From: Eledone cirrhosa
Lineage: Eukaryota
DNA: 64,000 nt
Direction: 5' to 3'
NCBI GenBank assembly: GCA_964016885.1
Contig: OZ024744.1
Span: 25,978,001 to 26,042,000, forward strand
Shown in pieces: positions 52,101 through 63,647 of the stretch; the stretch's first letter is position 1; each line of letters opens with the position of its first letter. The notes under the pieces were generated by a model. The model did no database searches. It was not told where the DNA came from and saw nothing but the letters and a program-made list of their open reading frames with translations. The position numbers were made by a program, and so were the translations under genes.

Positions 52101-55100
52101 AACAACCAGTGATACCAGCCTTTAAGTCCATTTCTGTAACACTAAGGGCCATGTGATTTAAACCATGTCAAATAACCGTTGATACGAGCCTTTAAGTCCA
52201 TCTGTGTAAAACTGAGGCCATGTGATTTAAACCATGTCAAGCAACTGTTGATACCAGCCTTTAAGTCCATCTGTGTAAAACTGACGGCCATGTGATTTAA
52301 ACCATGTCAAACAACCGTTGATACCAGCCTTTAAGTCCATTTGTGTAAGACTGAGTGCCAGGTGATTTAAACCATGTCAAACAACCGTTTATACCAGCAT
52401 TTTAGTCCATTTGTGTAACACTGAGTGCCAGGTGATTTAAACCATGTCAAACAACCGTTGATACCAACCTTTAAGTCCATTTGTGTAACACTGAGGCCAT
52501 ATGATTTAAACCATGTCAAACAACCGTTGATACCAGCCTTTAAGTCCATCTGTGTAAAACTGAGGCCTTGTGATTTAAACCATGTCAAACAACCGTTGAT
52601 ACCTGCCTTTAAGTCCATCTGTGTAAGACTGATGGCCATGTGATTTAAACCATGTCAAATAACCGTTGATACCAGCCTTTTAGTCCATGTGTGTAACACT
52701 GAGTGCCAGGTGATTTAAACCATGTCAAATAACCGTTGATACCAGCCTTTAAGTCCATCTGTGTAACACTGAGGACCAGGTGATTTAAACCATTTCAAAC
52801 AACTATTGATACCAGCCTTTATGTACATCTGTGTAAAACTGAGGCCTTGTGATTTAATCCATGTCAAACAACCGTTGATACCAGACTTTAAGTCCATCTG
52901 TGTAAAACTGAGGGCTATGTGATTTAAACCATGTCAAATAACCGTTGATACCAGCCTTTAAGTCCATCTGTGTAACACTGAGTGCCAGGTGATTTAAACC
53001 ATCTCAAACAACTGTTGATACCAGCCTTTAAGTCCATTTGTGTAACACTGAGGGCCATGTGATTTAAACCATGTCAAACAACCGGTGATCCCAGCCTTTA
53101 AGTCGATTTGTGTAACACTGAGGCCCATGTGACTTAAACCATTTCAAAAAACAATTGATACCAGCCTTTAAGTCCATCTGTGTAACACTGAGGGCCATGT
53201 GATTTAAACCATGTCAAATAACCGTTTATACCAGCCTTTACGTCCATCTGTGTGAAACTGAGGCCATGTGATTTAAACCATGTCAAACAACCGTTGATAC
53301 CAGCCTTTAAGTCCATCTGTGTAAAACTGAGGCCATATGATATAATCCATGTCAAACAACCGTTGATACCAGCCAGTTAGTCCATTTGGGTTACACTGAG
53401 TGCCAAGTGATATAAACCATGTCAAAAAACCGTTGATACCAGCCTTTAAGCCCATTTGTGTAACACTGAGTGCCAAGTGATTTAAACCATGTCAAATATC
53501 CGTTGATACCAGCCTTTAAGTCGATCTGTGTAACACTGAGGGCCATGTGACTTAAGCCATTTCAAAAAACAATTGATACCAGCCTTTAAGTCCATCTGTG
53601 TAACACTGAGGGCCATTTGATTTAAACCATTTCAAACAACCGTTGATACCAGCTTTTAACTCCATCTGTGTAAAACTGAGGCCATGTGATTTAAACCATG
53701 TCAAATAACCGTTGATACCAGCCTTTTAGTCCATTTGTGTAACACTGAGTGCCAGGTGATATAAACCATGTCAAACAACCGTTGATACCAGCCTTTAAGT
53801 GCATTTGTGTAACATTGAGTGCCAAGTGATTTAAACCATGTCAAACATCCGTTGATACCAGCCTTTAAGTCCATTTGTGTAATACTGAGTGCCAGGTGAT
53901 TTAAACCATGTCAAATATCCGTTGATACCAGCCTTTAAGTCCATCTGTGTAACAGTGAGGGCCATGTGACTTAAACCATTTCAAACAACCATTGATACCT
54001 GCCTTTAAGTCCATCTGTTTAAAACTGAGGGCCATGTGATTTAAACCATGTCAAATAACCGTTAATACCAGCCTTTTAGTCCATCTGTGTAAAACTGAGA
54101 GCCAGGTGATTTGAACCATGTCAAACAACCGTTGATACCAGCCTTTAAGTCCATCTGTGTAAAACTGAGGCTATGTGATTTAAACCATGTCAAGCAACCG
54201 TTGATACCAGCCTTTAAGTCCATCTGTGTAAAACTGACGGCCATGTGATTTAAACCATGTCAAATAACCGTTGATACCAGCCTTTTAGTCCATTTGATTA
54301 ACACTGAGTGCCAGGTGATTTAAACCATGTCAAACAACTGTTGATACCAGCCTTTAAGTCCATTTGTGTCACACTGAGGGCCATGTGATTTAAATCATGT
54401 CAAACAACCGGTGATACCAGCCTTTAAGTCCATCTGTGTAAAACTGAGGCCATGTGATTTAAACCATGTCAAACAACCGTTGATACCAGCCTTTAAGTCC
54501 ATCTGTGTAAAACTGACGGCCATGTGAGTGATTTAAACCATGTCAAATAACCGTTGATACCAGCCTTTTAGTCCATGTGTGTAACAATGAGTGCCAGCTG
54601 ATTTAAATCATGTCAAACAACCGTTGATAACAGCCTTTAAGTCCATTTGTGTAACACTGAGTGCCAGGTGATTTAAACCATGTCAAATAACCATTGATAC
54701 CAGCCTTTAAGTCCATCTGTGTAACACTGAGGGCCATGTGATTTAAACCATGTCAAACAACCATTGATACCAGCCTTTAAGTCCATTTGTATAACACTGA
54801 GGGCCATGTGACTTAAACCATTTCAAACAACCAGTGATACCAGCCTTTAAGTCCATTTCTGTAACACTAAGGGCCATGTGATTTAAACCATGTCAAATAA
54901 CCGTTGATACGAGCCTTTAAGTCCATCTGTGTAAAACTGAGGGCCATGTGATTTAAACCATGTCAAATAACCGTTGATACCAGCCTTTTAGTTCATTTGT
55001 GTAACACTGAGTGGCAGGTGATTTAAACCATGTCAAACAACCGTTGATACCAGCCTTTAAGTCCATCTGTGTAAAACTGAATGCCATGTGATTTAAACCA

Positions 55101-57549
55101 TGTCAAATAACCGTTGATACCAGCCTTTAAGTCCATCTGTGTAAACCTGAGGCCATGTGATTTAACCCATGTCAAATAACCGTTGATACCAGCCTATTAG
55201 TCCATTTGTGTAACACTGAGTGCCAGGTGATTTAAACCATGTCAAACAACCGTTTATACCAGCCTTTAAGTCCATTTGTGTAACACTGAGTGCCAGGTGA
55301 CTTAAACCATTTCAAACAACCATTGATACCAGCCTTTAAGTCCATTTGTGTAACACTGAGGCCATGTGATCTAAACCATGTCAAATAACCGTTGATACCA
55401 GCCTTTTAGTCCATTTGTGTAACAGTGAGTGCCATGTGATTTAAACCATGTCAAATAACCGTTGATACCAGCCTTTAAGTCCATCTGTGTAACAGTGAGG
55501 GCCATGTGACTTAAACCATTTCAAACAACCATTGATACCTGCCTTTAAGTCCATCTGTGTAAAACTGAGGGCCATGTGATTTAAACCATGTCAAATAACC
55601 GTTAATACCAGCCTTTTAGTCCATCTGTGTAAAACTGAGAGCCAGGTGATTTGAACCATGTCAAACAAACGTTGATACCAGCCTTTAAGTCCATCTGTGT
55701 AAAACTGAGGCTATGTGATTTAAACCATGTCAAGCAACCGTTGATACCAGCCTTTAAGTCCATCTGTGTAAAACTGACGGCCATGTGATTTAAACCATGT
55801 CAAATAACCGTTGATACCAGCCTTTTAGTCCATTTGTTTAACACTGAGTGCCAGGTGATTTAAACCATGTCAAACAACTGTTGATACCAGCCTTTAACTC
55901 CATTTGTGTCACACTGAGGGCCATGTGATTTAAATCATGTCAAACAACCGGTGATACCAGCCTTTAAGTCCATCTGTGTAAAACTGAGGCCATGTGATTT
56001 AAACCATGTCAAACAACCGTTGATACCAGCCTTTAAGTCCATCTGTGTAAAACTGACGGCCATGTGATTTAAACCATGTCAAATAACCGTTGATACCAGC
56101 CTTTTAGTCCATGTGTGTAACACTGAGAGCCAGCTGATTTAAATCATGTCAAACAACCGTTGATAACAGCCTTTAAGTCCATTTGTGTAACACTGAGTGC
56201 CAGGTGATTTAAACCATGTCAAATAACCGTTGATACCAGCCTTTAAGTCCATCTGTGTAACACTGAGGGCCTTGTGATTTAAACCATGTCAAACAACCAT
56301 TGATACCAGCCTTTAAGTCCATCTGTATAACACTGAGGGCCATGTGACTTAAACCATTTCAAACAACCAGTGATACCAGCCTTTAAGTCCATTTCTGTAA
56401 CACTAAGGGCCATGTGATTTAAACCATGTCAAATAACCGTTGATACGAGCCTTTAAGTCCATCTGTGTAAAACTGAGGGCCATGTGATTTAAACCATGTC
56501 AAATAACCGTTGATACCAGCCTTTTAGTTCATTTGTGTAACACTGAGTGGCAGGTGATTTAACCATGTCAAACAACCGTTGATACCAGCCTTTAAGTCCA
56601 TCTGTGTAAAACTGAAGGCCATGTGATTTAAACCATGTCAAATAACCGTTGATACCAGCCTTTAAGTCCATCTGTGTAAAACTGAGGCCATGTGATTTAA
56701 CCCATGTCAAATAACCGTTGATACCAGCCTATTAGTCCATTTGTGTAACACTGAGTGCCAGGTGATTTAAACCATGTCAAACAACCGTTTATACCAGCCT
56801 TTAAGTCCATTTGTGTAACACTGAGTGCCAGGTGACTTAAACCATTTCAAACAACCATTGATACCAGCCTTTAAGTCCATTTGTGTAACACTGAGGCCAT
56901 GTGATCTAAACCATGTCAAATAACCGTTGATACCAGCCTTTTAGTCCATTTGTGTAACAGTGAGTGCCATGTGATTTAAACCATGTCAAATAACCGTTGA
57001 TACCAGCCTTTAAGTCCATCTGTGTACAACTGAGGGCCATGTGATTTAAACCGTGTCAAATAACCGTTGATACCAGCCTTTAAGTCCATTTGTGTAACAC
57101 TGAGTGCCAGGTGATTTAAACCATGTCAAACAACCGTTGATACCAGCCTTTAAGTCCATCTGTGTAAAACTGAGGGCCATGTGATTTAAACCATGTCAAA
57201 CAACCCTTGATACCAGCCTTTAAGTCCATCTGTGTAAAACTTAGGCCATGTGATTTAACCCATGTCAAACAACCGTTGATACCAGCCTTTAAGTCCATTG
57301 ACTTTAAAACTGACGCCATGTGATTTTGAAACCATGTCAAACAACCATTGATACCATCCTTTAAGTCCATCTGTATAAAACTGAGGCCATATATTTTAAA
57401 CCATGTCAAACAACCATTGATACCAGCTTTTAAGTCCATCTGTGTAAAACTGAGGGCCATGTGATTTAAACCATGTCAAACAACCGTTGATACCAGCCTT
57501 TAAGTCCATCTGTATAAAATTGAGGCCATGTGTTTTAAACCATGTCAAA
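22055..57549. repeat. 69/70-bp satellite array, ~35.5 kb, roughly 500 monomers, with higher-order repeats
   Basis: Consensus ccgttgataccagcctttaagtccatctgtgtaaaactgagggccatgtgatttaaaccatgtcaaacaa. It is head-to-tail in one orientation, with no foreign inserts seen. Confidence 0.98.
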
Positions 57550-57732
57550 GCAGCTTATTTTTACATCTTCAACTGGGGATCATCTTCAACCTCATCTCTT
57601 CCACTTCTAAAACGACTTATCTATTTGTAGGTTGTTGATTTATTTGGGACATTGTCCCCATAAACTTGCTCGTGAGTGTCAATGATTTGACTGCTCTGCC
57701 ACCCTAGCTTCACCATGAATTTGATGTTTTGA
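57550..57732 (-). pseudogene. Mariner transposase N-terminus fused to the pre-C-terminal segment (catalytic core deleted)
   Basis: QNIKFMVKLGWQSSQIIDTHEQVYGDNVPNKSTTYK*ISRFRSGRDEVEDDP joins to VEDVK..AALTWFK, which runs into the last monomer. Confidence 0.88.
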
Positions 57733-57893
57733 TGGAGAATATGTTGCTCGAGCAGGTGCTGACTTCTGACTTGCGGGGCCACGTTACAACATGTATTTAA
57801 GGGTTCATGTTAGAACATGTTCTGACACGTTAGTAAGAGAACGTATAGGTTCATTGAGATCAAAATCTCTGAATATGATTTTTAGCTACGTAC

Positions 57894-57923
57894 CCTTTCC
57901 ACGAACATTTTGAAGCCCCTTCG
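57894..57923 (-). repeat. Mariner right terminal inverted repeat
   Basis: tttccacgaacattttgaagccccttcg, followed by aa rather than ta (the TSD is apparently mutated). Confidence 0.85.
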
Positions 57924-58388
57924 AATATTCTTTTACTGATTTTAATCATTTAAACGTGTTGAAGGGTTCGGCCTAGATTTAATCCATCATATCGACCCCA
58001 GTATTCGTCTGGGACGTATGTTATTGATGTAAATTGTATTCTGGAATCACAAGTTGAGTCGTAAACACAAACACTGACGTAAACAGAAAGTGTACAGTCA
58101 CACACATACATATGTACACATACACACTCATACATATATGCATATATGTATATACATACGCACGTGTAAAATTTACTGAGATAACTGGTACATGATCACA
58201 GCTTAAATCATTCATAGCGAGACTCTCGTATCGTCGCGATAACAAAACATCCGGAAGAAATCATTAGACTGAATAAATATTGATATTTTAAGAATTCGAA
58301 GTTGTAAATCGACGACAATGCGAAGTGGAGGGAGAAACATACAAGTCAGATGAAACGAGATGTGTTTTTTACGGTAATTTATTTATAT

Positions 58389-58428
58389 GTCCTGATATTT
58401 CGAGATTATGATCTCGTCTTCCGAGAAG
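58389..58428 (-). ncRNA. Penelope-type minimal hammerhead ribozyme motif, core-mutated
   Basis: The minus strand reads UUCU-CgGAAGA-C-GAGAU-CAUA-AUCUC-GAA-AUAU-C-AGGA. Stems I and II and the palindromic AUAU helix III are present, but CUGA has become CGGA. Confidence 0.55.
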
Positions 58429-58549
58429 AGTAAAGGGACTAATCTAGCGTCCAATGAGGCACGCTATTCCAGCCTGATGAGCTTCCGGGCTTCATTTTTA
58501 ATGTGGGCCCACGGCTAGCAAATATTGGAGAAAATATATGAAATCAATG

Positions 58550-58700
58550 AAGTCCCTGATTGGTTGTGTATTTTATCGATCCTACACAGGAAGGATAAAA
58601 GGCAAACTTGACGTCGGCAGGATTTGAATTCTAAGGGCCAGAACCAATACTACAATGGTATTTTAACCGACACTCTACCAATCCTATCAATGCATCACAC
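58550..58700 (-). mobile_element. Octopus-type SINE, degenerate
   Basis: ttttatcgatcc...aaggataaaaggcaaacttgacgtcggcaggatttgaatt core. Confidence 0.7.
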
Positions 58701-58789
58701 TCAAAGCGGTTTATAAGAATTCATCGTTCCTACTATTATTCATAAATTTGTACAATTATAATTATATTTCTGGAATATTTCAGTAAATA

Positions 58790-59162
58790 CTGTTTAATAG
58801 GAGAACATAACAGAAAATATAGATTGAAAAGAATGGAATGTAAAATAGGAGAATATAAAGAAAAATGAAAAAAAAAACGGAAAAGGGAAGGAATGGTAAG
58901 GATTGTAGTGTCACTGAAGAATGGGGAGGGGGAGGGGTGATTGGGCTCTGGGTCTAAGCCTCAGCGGTAATGGAGCTCACCCCGCGGACAAGAAGACAGC
59001 AGCATTCCTGCGGGCAATGACCAGCGGCAGCCGCAGCAACAGTCACCTCACCTCGTAGTGCTCCTTCCTCAGACGGGCTGCTGACGTTCCGATCTTGCGG
59101 AGGAGCTCTACAGTACAGGGTCCCAAAACGCCTGAGGTCTCGACGGCGACAGGGGCGAAGAT
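58790..59162 (-). mobile_element. CRE-clade 3' fragment (RLE plus 3'UTR)
   Basis: The minus strand reads FAPVAVETSGVLGPCTVELLRKIGTSAARLRKE... The 3'UTR matches 1570-1745 and 11570-11720. Confidence 0.8.
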
Positions 59163-59324
59163 AAATAGCAGTAACATTTTTGATAAATATTTACATAGCC
59201 ATTCAAGTACAAATGTAAACATAAGAAGCCGTCTATCTTATTTATGGGAGTATTCATAAAGAGATACAGGTATAGGAGTTATTTATATACTCTCGGGTCC
59301 CGAATAATAGGGAGGTGGGATAGG

Positions 59325-60110
59325 CAGTGAGATCGGAAATACAAGCGGCTGAAATGGGATTCGTCCGAAGGGTCTTTGGAGTAATGTTAGTCGATAAAGT
59401 GTTTAGCTCAGGGATCAGAGAGTCACCCCAGGTAAAGATGCTTCTTCTCCGAATTGAGAGATCACAGCTCCGATACTATGGACATGTGGTTAGATAGTAT
59501 TTGGAGGTCAGAGAGTCACCCAAAGTAGAGATGCTACTTCTCCGATACTATGGACATGTGGTTAGATAGTATTTGGAGATCAGAGAGTCACCCAAAGTAG
59601 AGATGCTACTTCTCCGATACTATGGACATGTGGTTAGATAGTCTTTGGAGATCAGAGAGTCACCCAAAGTAGAGATGCTACTTCTCCGATACTATGGACA
59701 TGTGGTTAGATAGTCTTTGGAGATCAGAGAGTCACCCAAAGTAGAGATGCTACTTCTCCGATACTATGGACATGTGGATAGATAGTCTTTGGAGATCAGA
59801 GAGTCACCCAAAGTAGAGATGCTACTTCTCCGATACTATGGACATGTGGTTAGATAGTCTTTGGAGATCAGAGAGTCACCCAAAGTAGAGATGCTACTTC
59901 TCCGATACTATGGACATGTGGTTAGATAGTCTTTGGAGATCAGAGAGTCACCCAAAGTAGAGATGCTACTTCTCCGATACTATGGACATGTGGATAGATA
60001 GTCTTTGGAGATCAGAGAGTCACCCAAAGTAGAGATGCTACTTCTCCGATACTATGGACATGTGGTTAGAATCTCTCTGGAAAGAATCACTGGTCAGGCA
60101 AAATCAAGAA
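59325..60110 (+). mobile_element. RTE/Expander-like LINE C-terminal fragment with internal tandem amplification
   Basis: RSEIQAAEMGFVRRVFGVMLVDKVFSSGIRESPQVKMLLLRIERSQLRYYGHVVR, resuming as ISLERITGQ after the array. Confidence 0.85.
59413..60070. repeat. 72-bp minisatellite, 8 copies plus one longer progenitor unit
   Basis: Unit gatcagagagtcacccaaagtagagatgctacttctccgatactatggacatgtggttagatagtctttgga. The same phase at 59521 and 59881 gives 5x72. Confidence 0.95.
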
Positions 60111-60215
60111 GGAGGAGGAGAAGAAGAAGAAGAAGAAGAAGAAGAAGAAGAAGAAGAAGAAGAAGAAGAAGAAGAAGAAGAAGAAGAAGAAGAAGAAGAA
60201 GAAGAAGAAGAAGAA
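60107..60215. repeat. (AAG)n microsatellite
   Basis: Direct reading. Confidence 0.95.
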
Positions 60216-60569
60216 ATAAAGGGTGTATTCTAAGTTGGAGACAAGACTGAAATATTTACCTATCTACCTTGATTATCTCAACATTATTACCTGGATTTCA
60301 TTGTTTTACAATTAATTGTCGGCATCGCAGCGTTAGACGTTCAATCAATCTCCGCTCCACTTCCTCCACCCTACCACTCATATCCCCCCTCCACCTACCT
60401 TCCTCCTTCCACTCATTTACCTTCCGCCACCATTACATTCACCTTTCTCTGCACACCCACCCCACACTCTCTGCCATATCGCAATTAACTTATTTCATAA
60501 CACCTCCCTTCCCATCTCACTACCTTACAACATCCCTCCCTACCAATCTACACACTTCTGTACCTACCT

Positions 60570-60589
60570 ATAAACATACACACACACAC

Positions 60590-60650
<61 letters not shown>

Positions 60651-61000
60651 CATACATACATACGTACATATATATATATACATATATATATATATACATA
60701 CATACTTACATACGTATATGCATATATTCATATATATATATATACATATATACATACATACATATACATACATACAATCACACATACATATATACATACT
60801 CATATACATACATACATATACATAGTACATGCGTACATATATACATACACATATACATACATATACATACATATACATACATATACATACATACATATAT
60901 ACATACATATATACATACATATATGCATACATACATACACACATACATACATATATACATACATATATAAATACATAAATATATGCATACATACATTCAT
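60570..61000. repeat. (CA)/(TA)/(CATA) compound microsatellite
   Basis: Direct reading. Confidence 0.9.
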
Positions 61001-61237
61001 GTCTGTTGTTCTGGTTGGATCCGTTGTGCCTTCCAATCCAGTCATAGCCACCACATCTAACTTTTATAACACTAATCCCCATCTTTAATATCCCAACTAA
61101 GTTCTAATTGAAAGACATGGTAGCCATCTTTAAAACCTCAACTAACTAACATACAAAACAATGACACTAATCGCCACCTGTCGGCAGGACATGAAGTGAT
61201 ACTTCCGGGGTGGATCAACGTAATCAAGTCTGCTTCT

Positions 61238-61373
61238 CCACCACCATCACCACCACCACCACCAGCTCTATACCACCACCACTACCAACAACACTTCCAC
61301 CACCATCACCACCACCACCAGCACCATCACAACCACCACTACCACCGCCATCACCACCTTCACTACATCCAGC

Positions 61374-61404
<31 letters not shown>

Positions 61405-62245
61405 CCACCACCACCACTACCCCCACCACTACCACCACCACCATCACCACCACCACCACTACCCCCGACCTCTCCACCATCACCACCACCAAAACCATCA
61501 CCAACACCACCACCAACTCCACCACCACTACAATCACCACCACCACCACCACCACCACCACCACCACCACCACCACCGTCACTACCACTACCACCACCAT
61601 CACTACTACCACCAACACCACCACCACCACCACCACCACCACAACCACTACCATCACCACCAACACCACCACCACCACTACCACCACCACGAACACCACA
61701 AACACCAGCACCAGCACCACCACCACCATCACCACCATCACCGCCACTACCACCACCATCAGCACCACCATCGCCACCACCACCACCACCACCACCGTCA
61801 CCACCACCACCACCATCACCACCACCACCCCCATCACCACCATCACCACCATCACCACCATCACCACCACCACCATCACACTACACGACCACCTCCACTA
61901 CCCCCACTACCACCACTACCACCATAACCACAACCACCACCCCTACCACCACCACCACTACACCCCCGCTACCACCACTAACTCTTTCACTACCACCACC
62001 ACCACCACCACACTACACCACTACCCCCCCCCCCCACCAACATCATCCCCCCACCCCACCACCACCACCACTACCACCATCACCACCACCACCACCACAC
62101 TACACCACCACCACCAATTCCACCACCACCACCAACACCACCACCACCACCACCACCACCACCACCACCACGATCATCACCAACACCAACACCATCACCA
62201 CCAACAACAACACCACCACCACCTTCACGACCTCCACCACCACCT
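61238..62245. repeat. (CAC)n-rich imperfect trinucleotide repeat, ~1 kb
   Basis: Direct reading. It is the source of the poly-H/P/T/V ORFs. Confidence 0.95.
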
Positions 62246-62499
62246 CAATGACAACAGCAAAAGAACTTCACCTTAAATAAAGAGTCCGGATAAAGAGAAG
62301 GGGAGGGAAAGGGGAGAAAGGGGAGGATTTAAAAAAAATATAAGAAAATACAAGCAATAACGGAAATAATAAATATAATGTGAGGGGGGAGGGTAAGGTG
62401 GAGGGGGACTAGGAGGAGGGGTGGACTAGATAGATTTATCTAGAAAGGTTATCAGCCATAACAAGCGATAATGTTGCTAATGACAACATTCGAAAACAA

Positions 62500-62910
62500 T
62501 GGTGATGATGGTGGTGGTGGTGGTGGTGGTGTTAGTGGTGGTTTTGGTGGTGTTGGTGGTGGTGGTGTGGTGTTGGTGGTGGTGGTGGTGGTCTTGGTGG
62601 TGGTGGTGTTGGTGTTGGTGGTGGTGGTGTTGTTGTTGGTGGTGGTAGTGATGGTGGTGGTGGTGTTGTTGTTGGTGGTGGTAGTGATGGTGGTGGTGGT
62701 GTTGGTGGTGGTAGTGGTGGTGGTCTTGGTGTTGCTGGTGGTGTTGCTGTTGTTGTTGTTGTTGGTGGTGGTGTTTTGGGTGGTGGTGGTGTTGGTGTTG
62801 GTGGTGGTGGTGTTGATGTTGGTGGTGGTGGTGGTGGTAGTGGTGGTGTTAATGGAGGTGGTGGTGGTGGTTGTTGTGGTGGTAATGGAGGTGGTGGTTG
62901 TGATGATGAT
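62500..62910. repeat. (GGT)n/(GTT)n imperfect trinucleotide repeat
   Basis: Direct reading. Confidence 0.95.
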
Positions 62911-63253
62911 AAAAATAACAATAACAACAACGCCAACAATAGTAACGATCACACCAAGAAAAAATAATATTTTAATAAGTAATATTCGGGAGTGTAGTTA
63001 CAGTAGTTATATGAAACCAATATTTCCAATGAAGCTATAGTGCAAAATTCAACATGTAAAGTAATATACGTGTATATATATATTTTTTTTAGATTTGGGG
63101 AGGGTCATATTGTTATAATATTGCCAGAAATATATAATAAAACACTCTCACTATTTGGTCTGGGTTGGTTTTCATTTCTGTATATTCTATATCTCTATAT
63201 CTCCATAATTAATTTATCTGGCAATCAATGTTAATTATTGTTTGACAAACAGT

Positions 63254-63317
<64 letters not shown>

Positions 63318-63320
<3 letters not shown>

Positions 63321-63416
63321 CAAAGGAATTGTGGTAAGGAACCAGAGTACTCAATACTTAGGGTAGTAGAGTGGGAAATAGGAAAAGGTATGACCACGAC
63401 GGCTTACCTTTTCCTA
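63318..63416 (+). mobile_element. TA-inserted fold-back element, copy 3 (deleted)
   Basis: aacaaaggaattgtggtaaggaaccagagtactcaatacttagggtagtagagtggg matches copies 1 and 2. Residual arms are ataggaaaaggta / taccttttcctat, with (TA)n flanks. Confidence 0.75.
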
Positions 63417-63577
63417 TATATATATATATAGTCTATCAACGTTCTTTCATCACACATCTGTGACATCGTCAATGGTACTATTATGTTTCCTCCCGTTGTA
63501 TTGTAATGTTTACGCCATTTTTATTTAGGATAAATAAGTAAATAAATAAATGAAAATGACGTAGAATTACAATACAA

Positions 63578-63635
63578 CAGTAATGTACTGGGGGAATTTT
63601 GTTGGCCTTGTGCCAGAAGTAGAAACATTATTATT
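63578..63635 (+). mobile_element. SINE 3' tail fragment
   Basis: gtactggggg...gttggccttgtgccagaagtagaaacattattatt. Confidence 0.6.
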
Positions 63636-63647
63636 TATATTATTACT

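Larger units (their letters stand above)
21946..57923 (-). mobile_element. Hsmar2-like (irritans) mariner DNA transposon, internally deleted, inflated to ~36 kb by an internal satellite
   Basis: The left TIR ctagggggcttcaaaaagttcgtgcaaa (21946) is preceded by TA. The right TIR in reverse complement is cgaaggggcttcaaaatgttcgtggaaa (ends 57923). Transposase remnants lie inside both ends on the minus strand. Confidence 0.9.

Noticed and set aside
22055-57549. CRISPR-like array or repetitive protein gene (MDLKAGINGCLTWFKSHGLSFTQ repeats)
   Set aside because: There are no unique spacers and no cas genes, and the context is eukaryotic. The ORFs are short and arise only where 69-bp monomers are adjacent, since 70-bp units shift the frame.
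58470-58500. ctgatgagc as a hammerhead core on the plus strand
   Set aside because: No GAAA follows the putative stem II.
59413-60070. 72-bp repeat as a coding repeat domain
   Set aside because: Each unit has a stop (tag) in the RTE frame. It is an amplified LINE fragment.
61196-63040. His-rich or extensin-like Pro-rich proteins
   Set aside because: The (CAC)n/(GGT)n tracts are open in multiple frames on both strands, with no non-repetitive domain.
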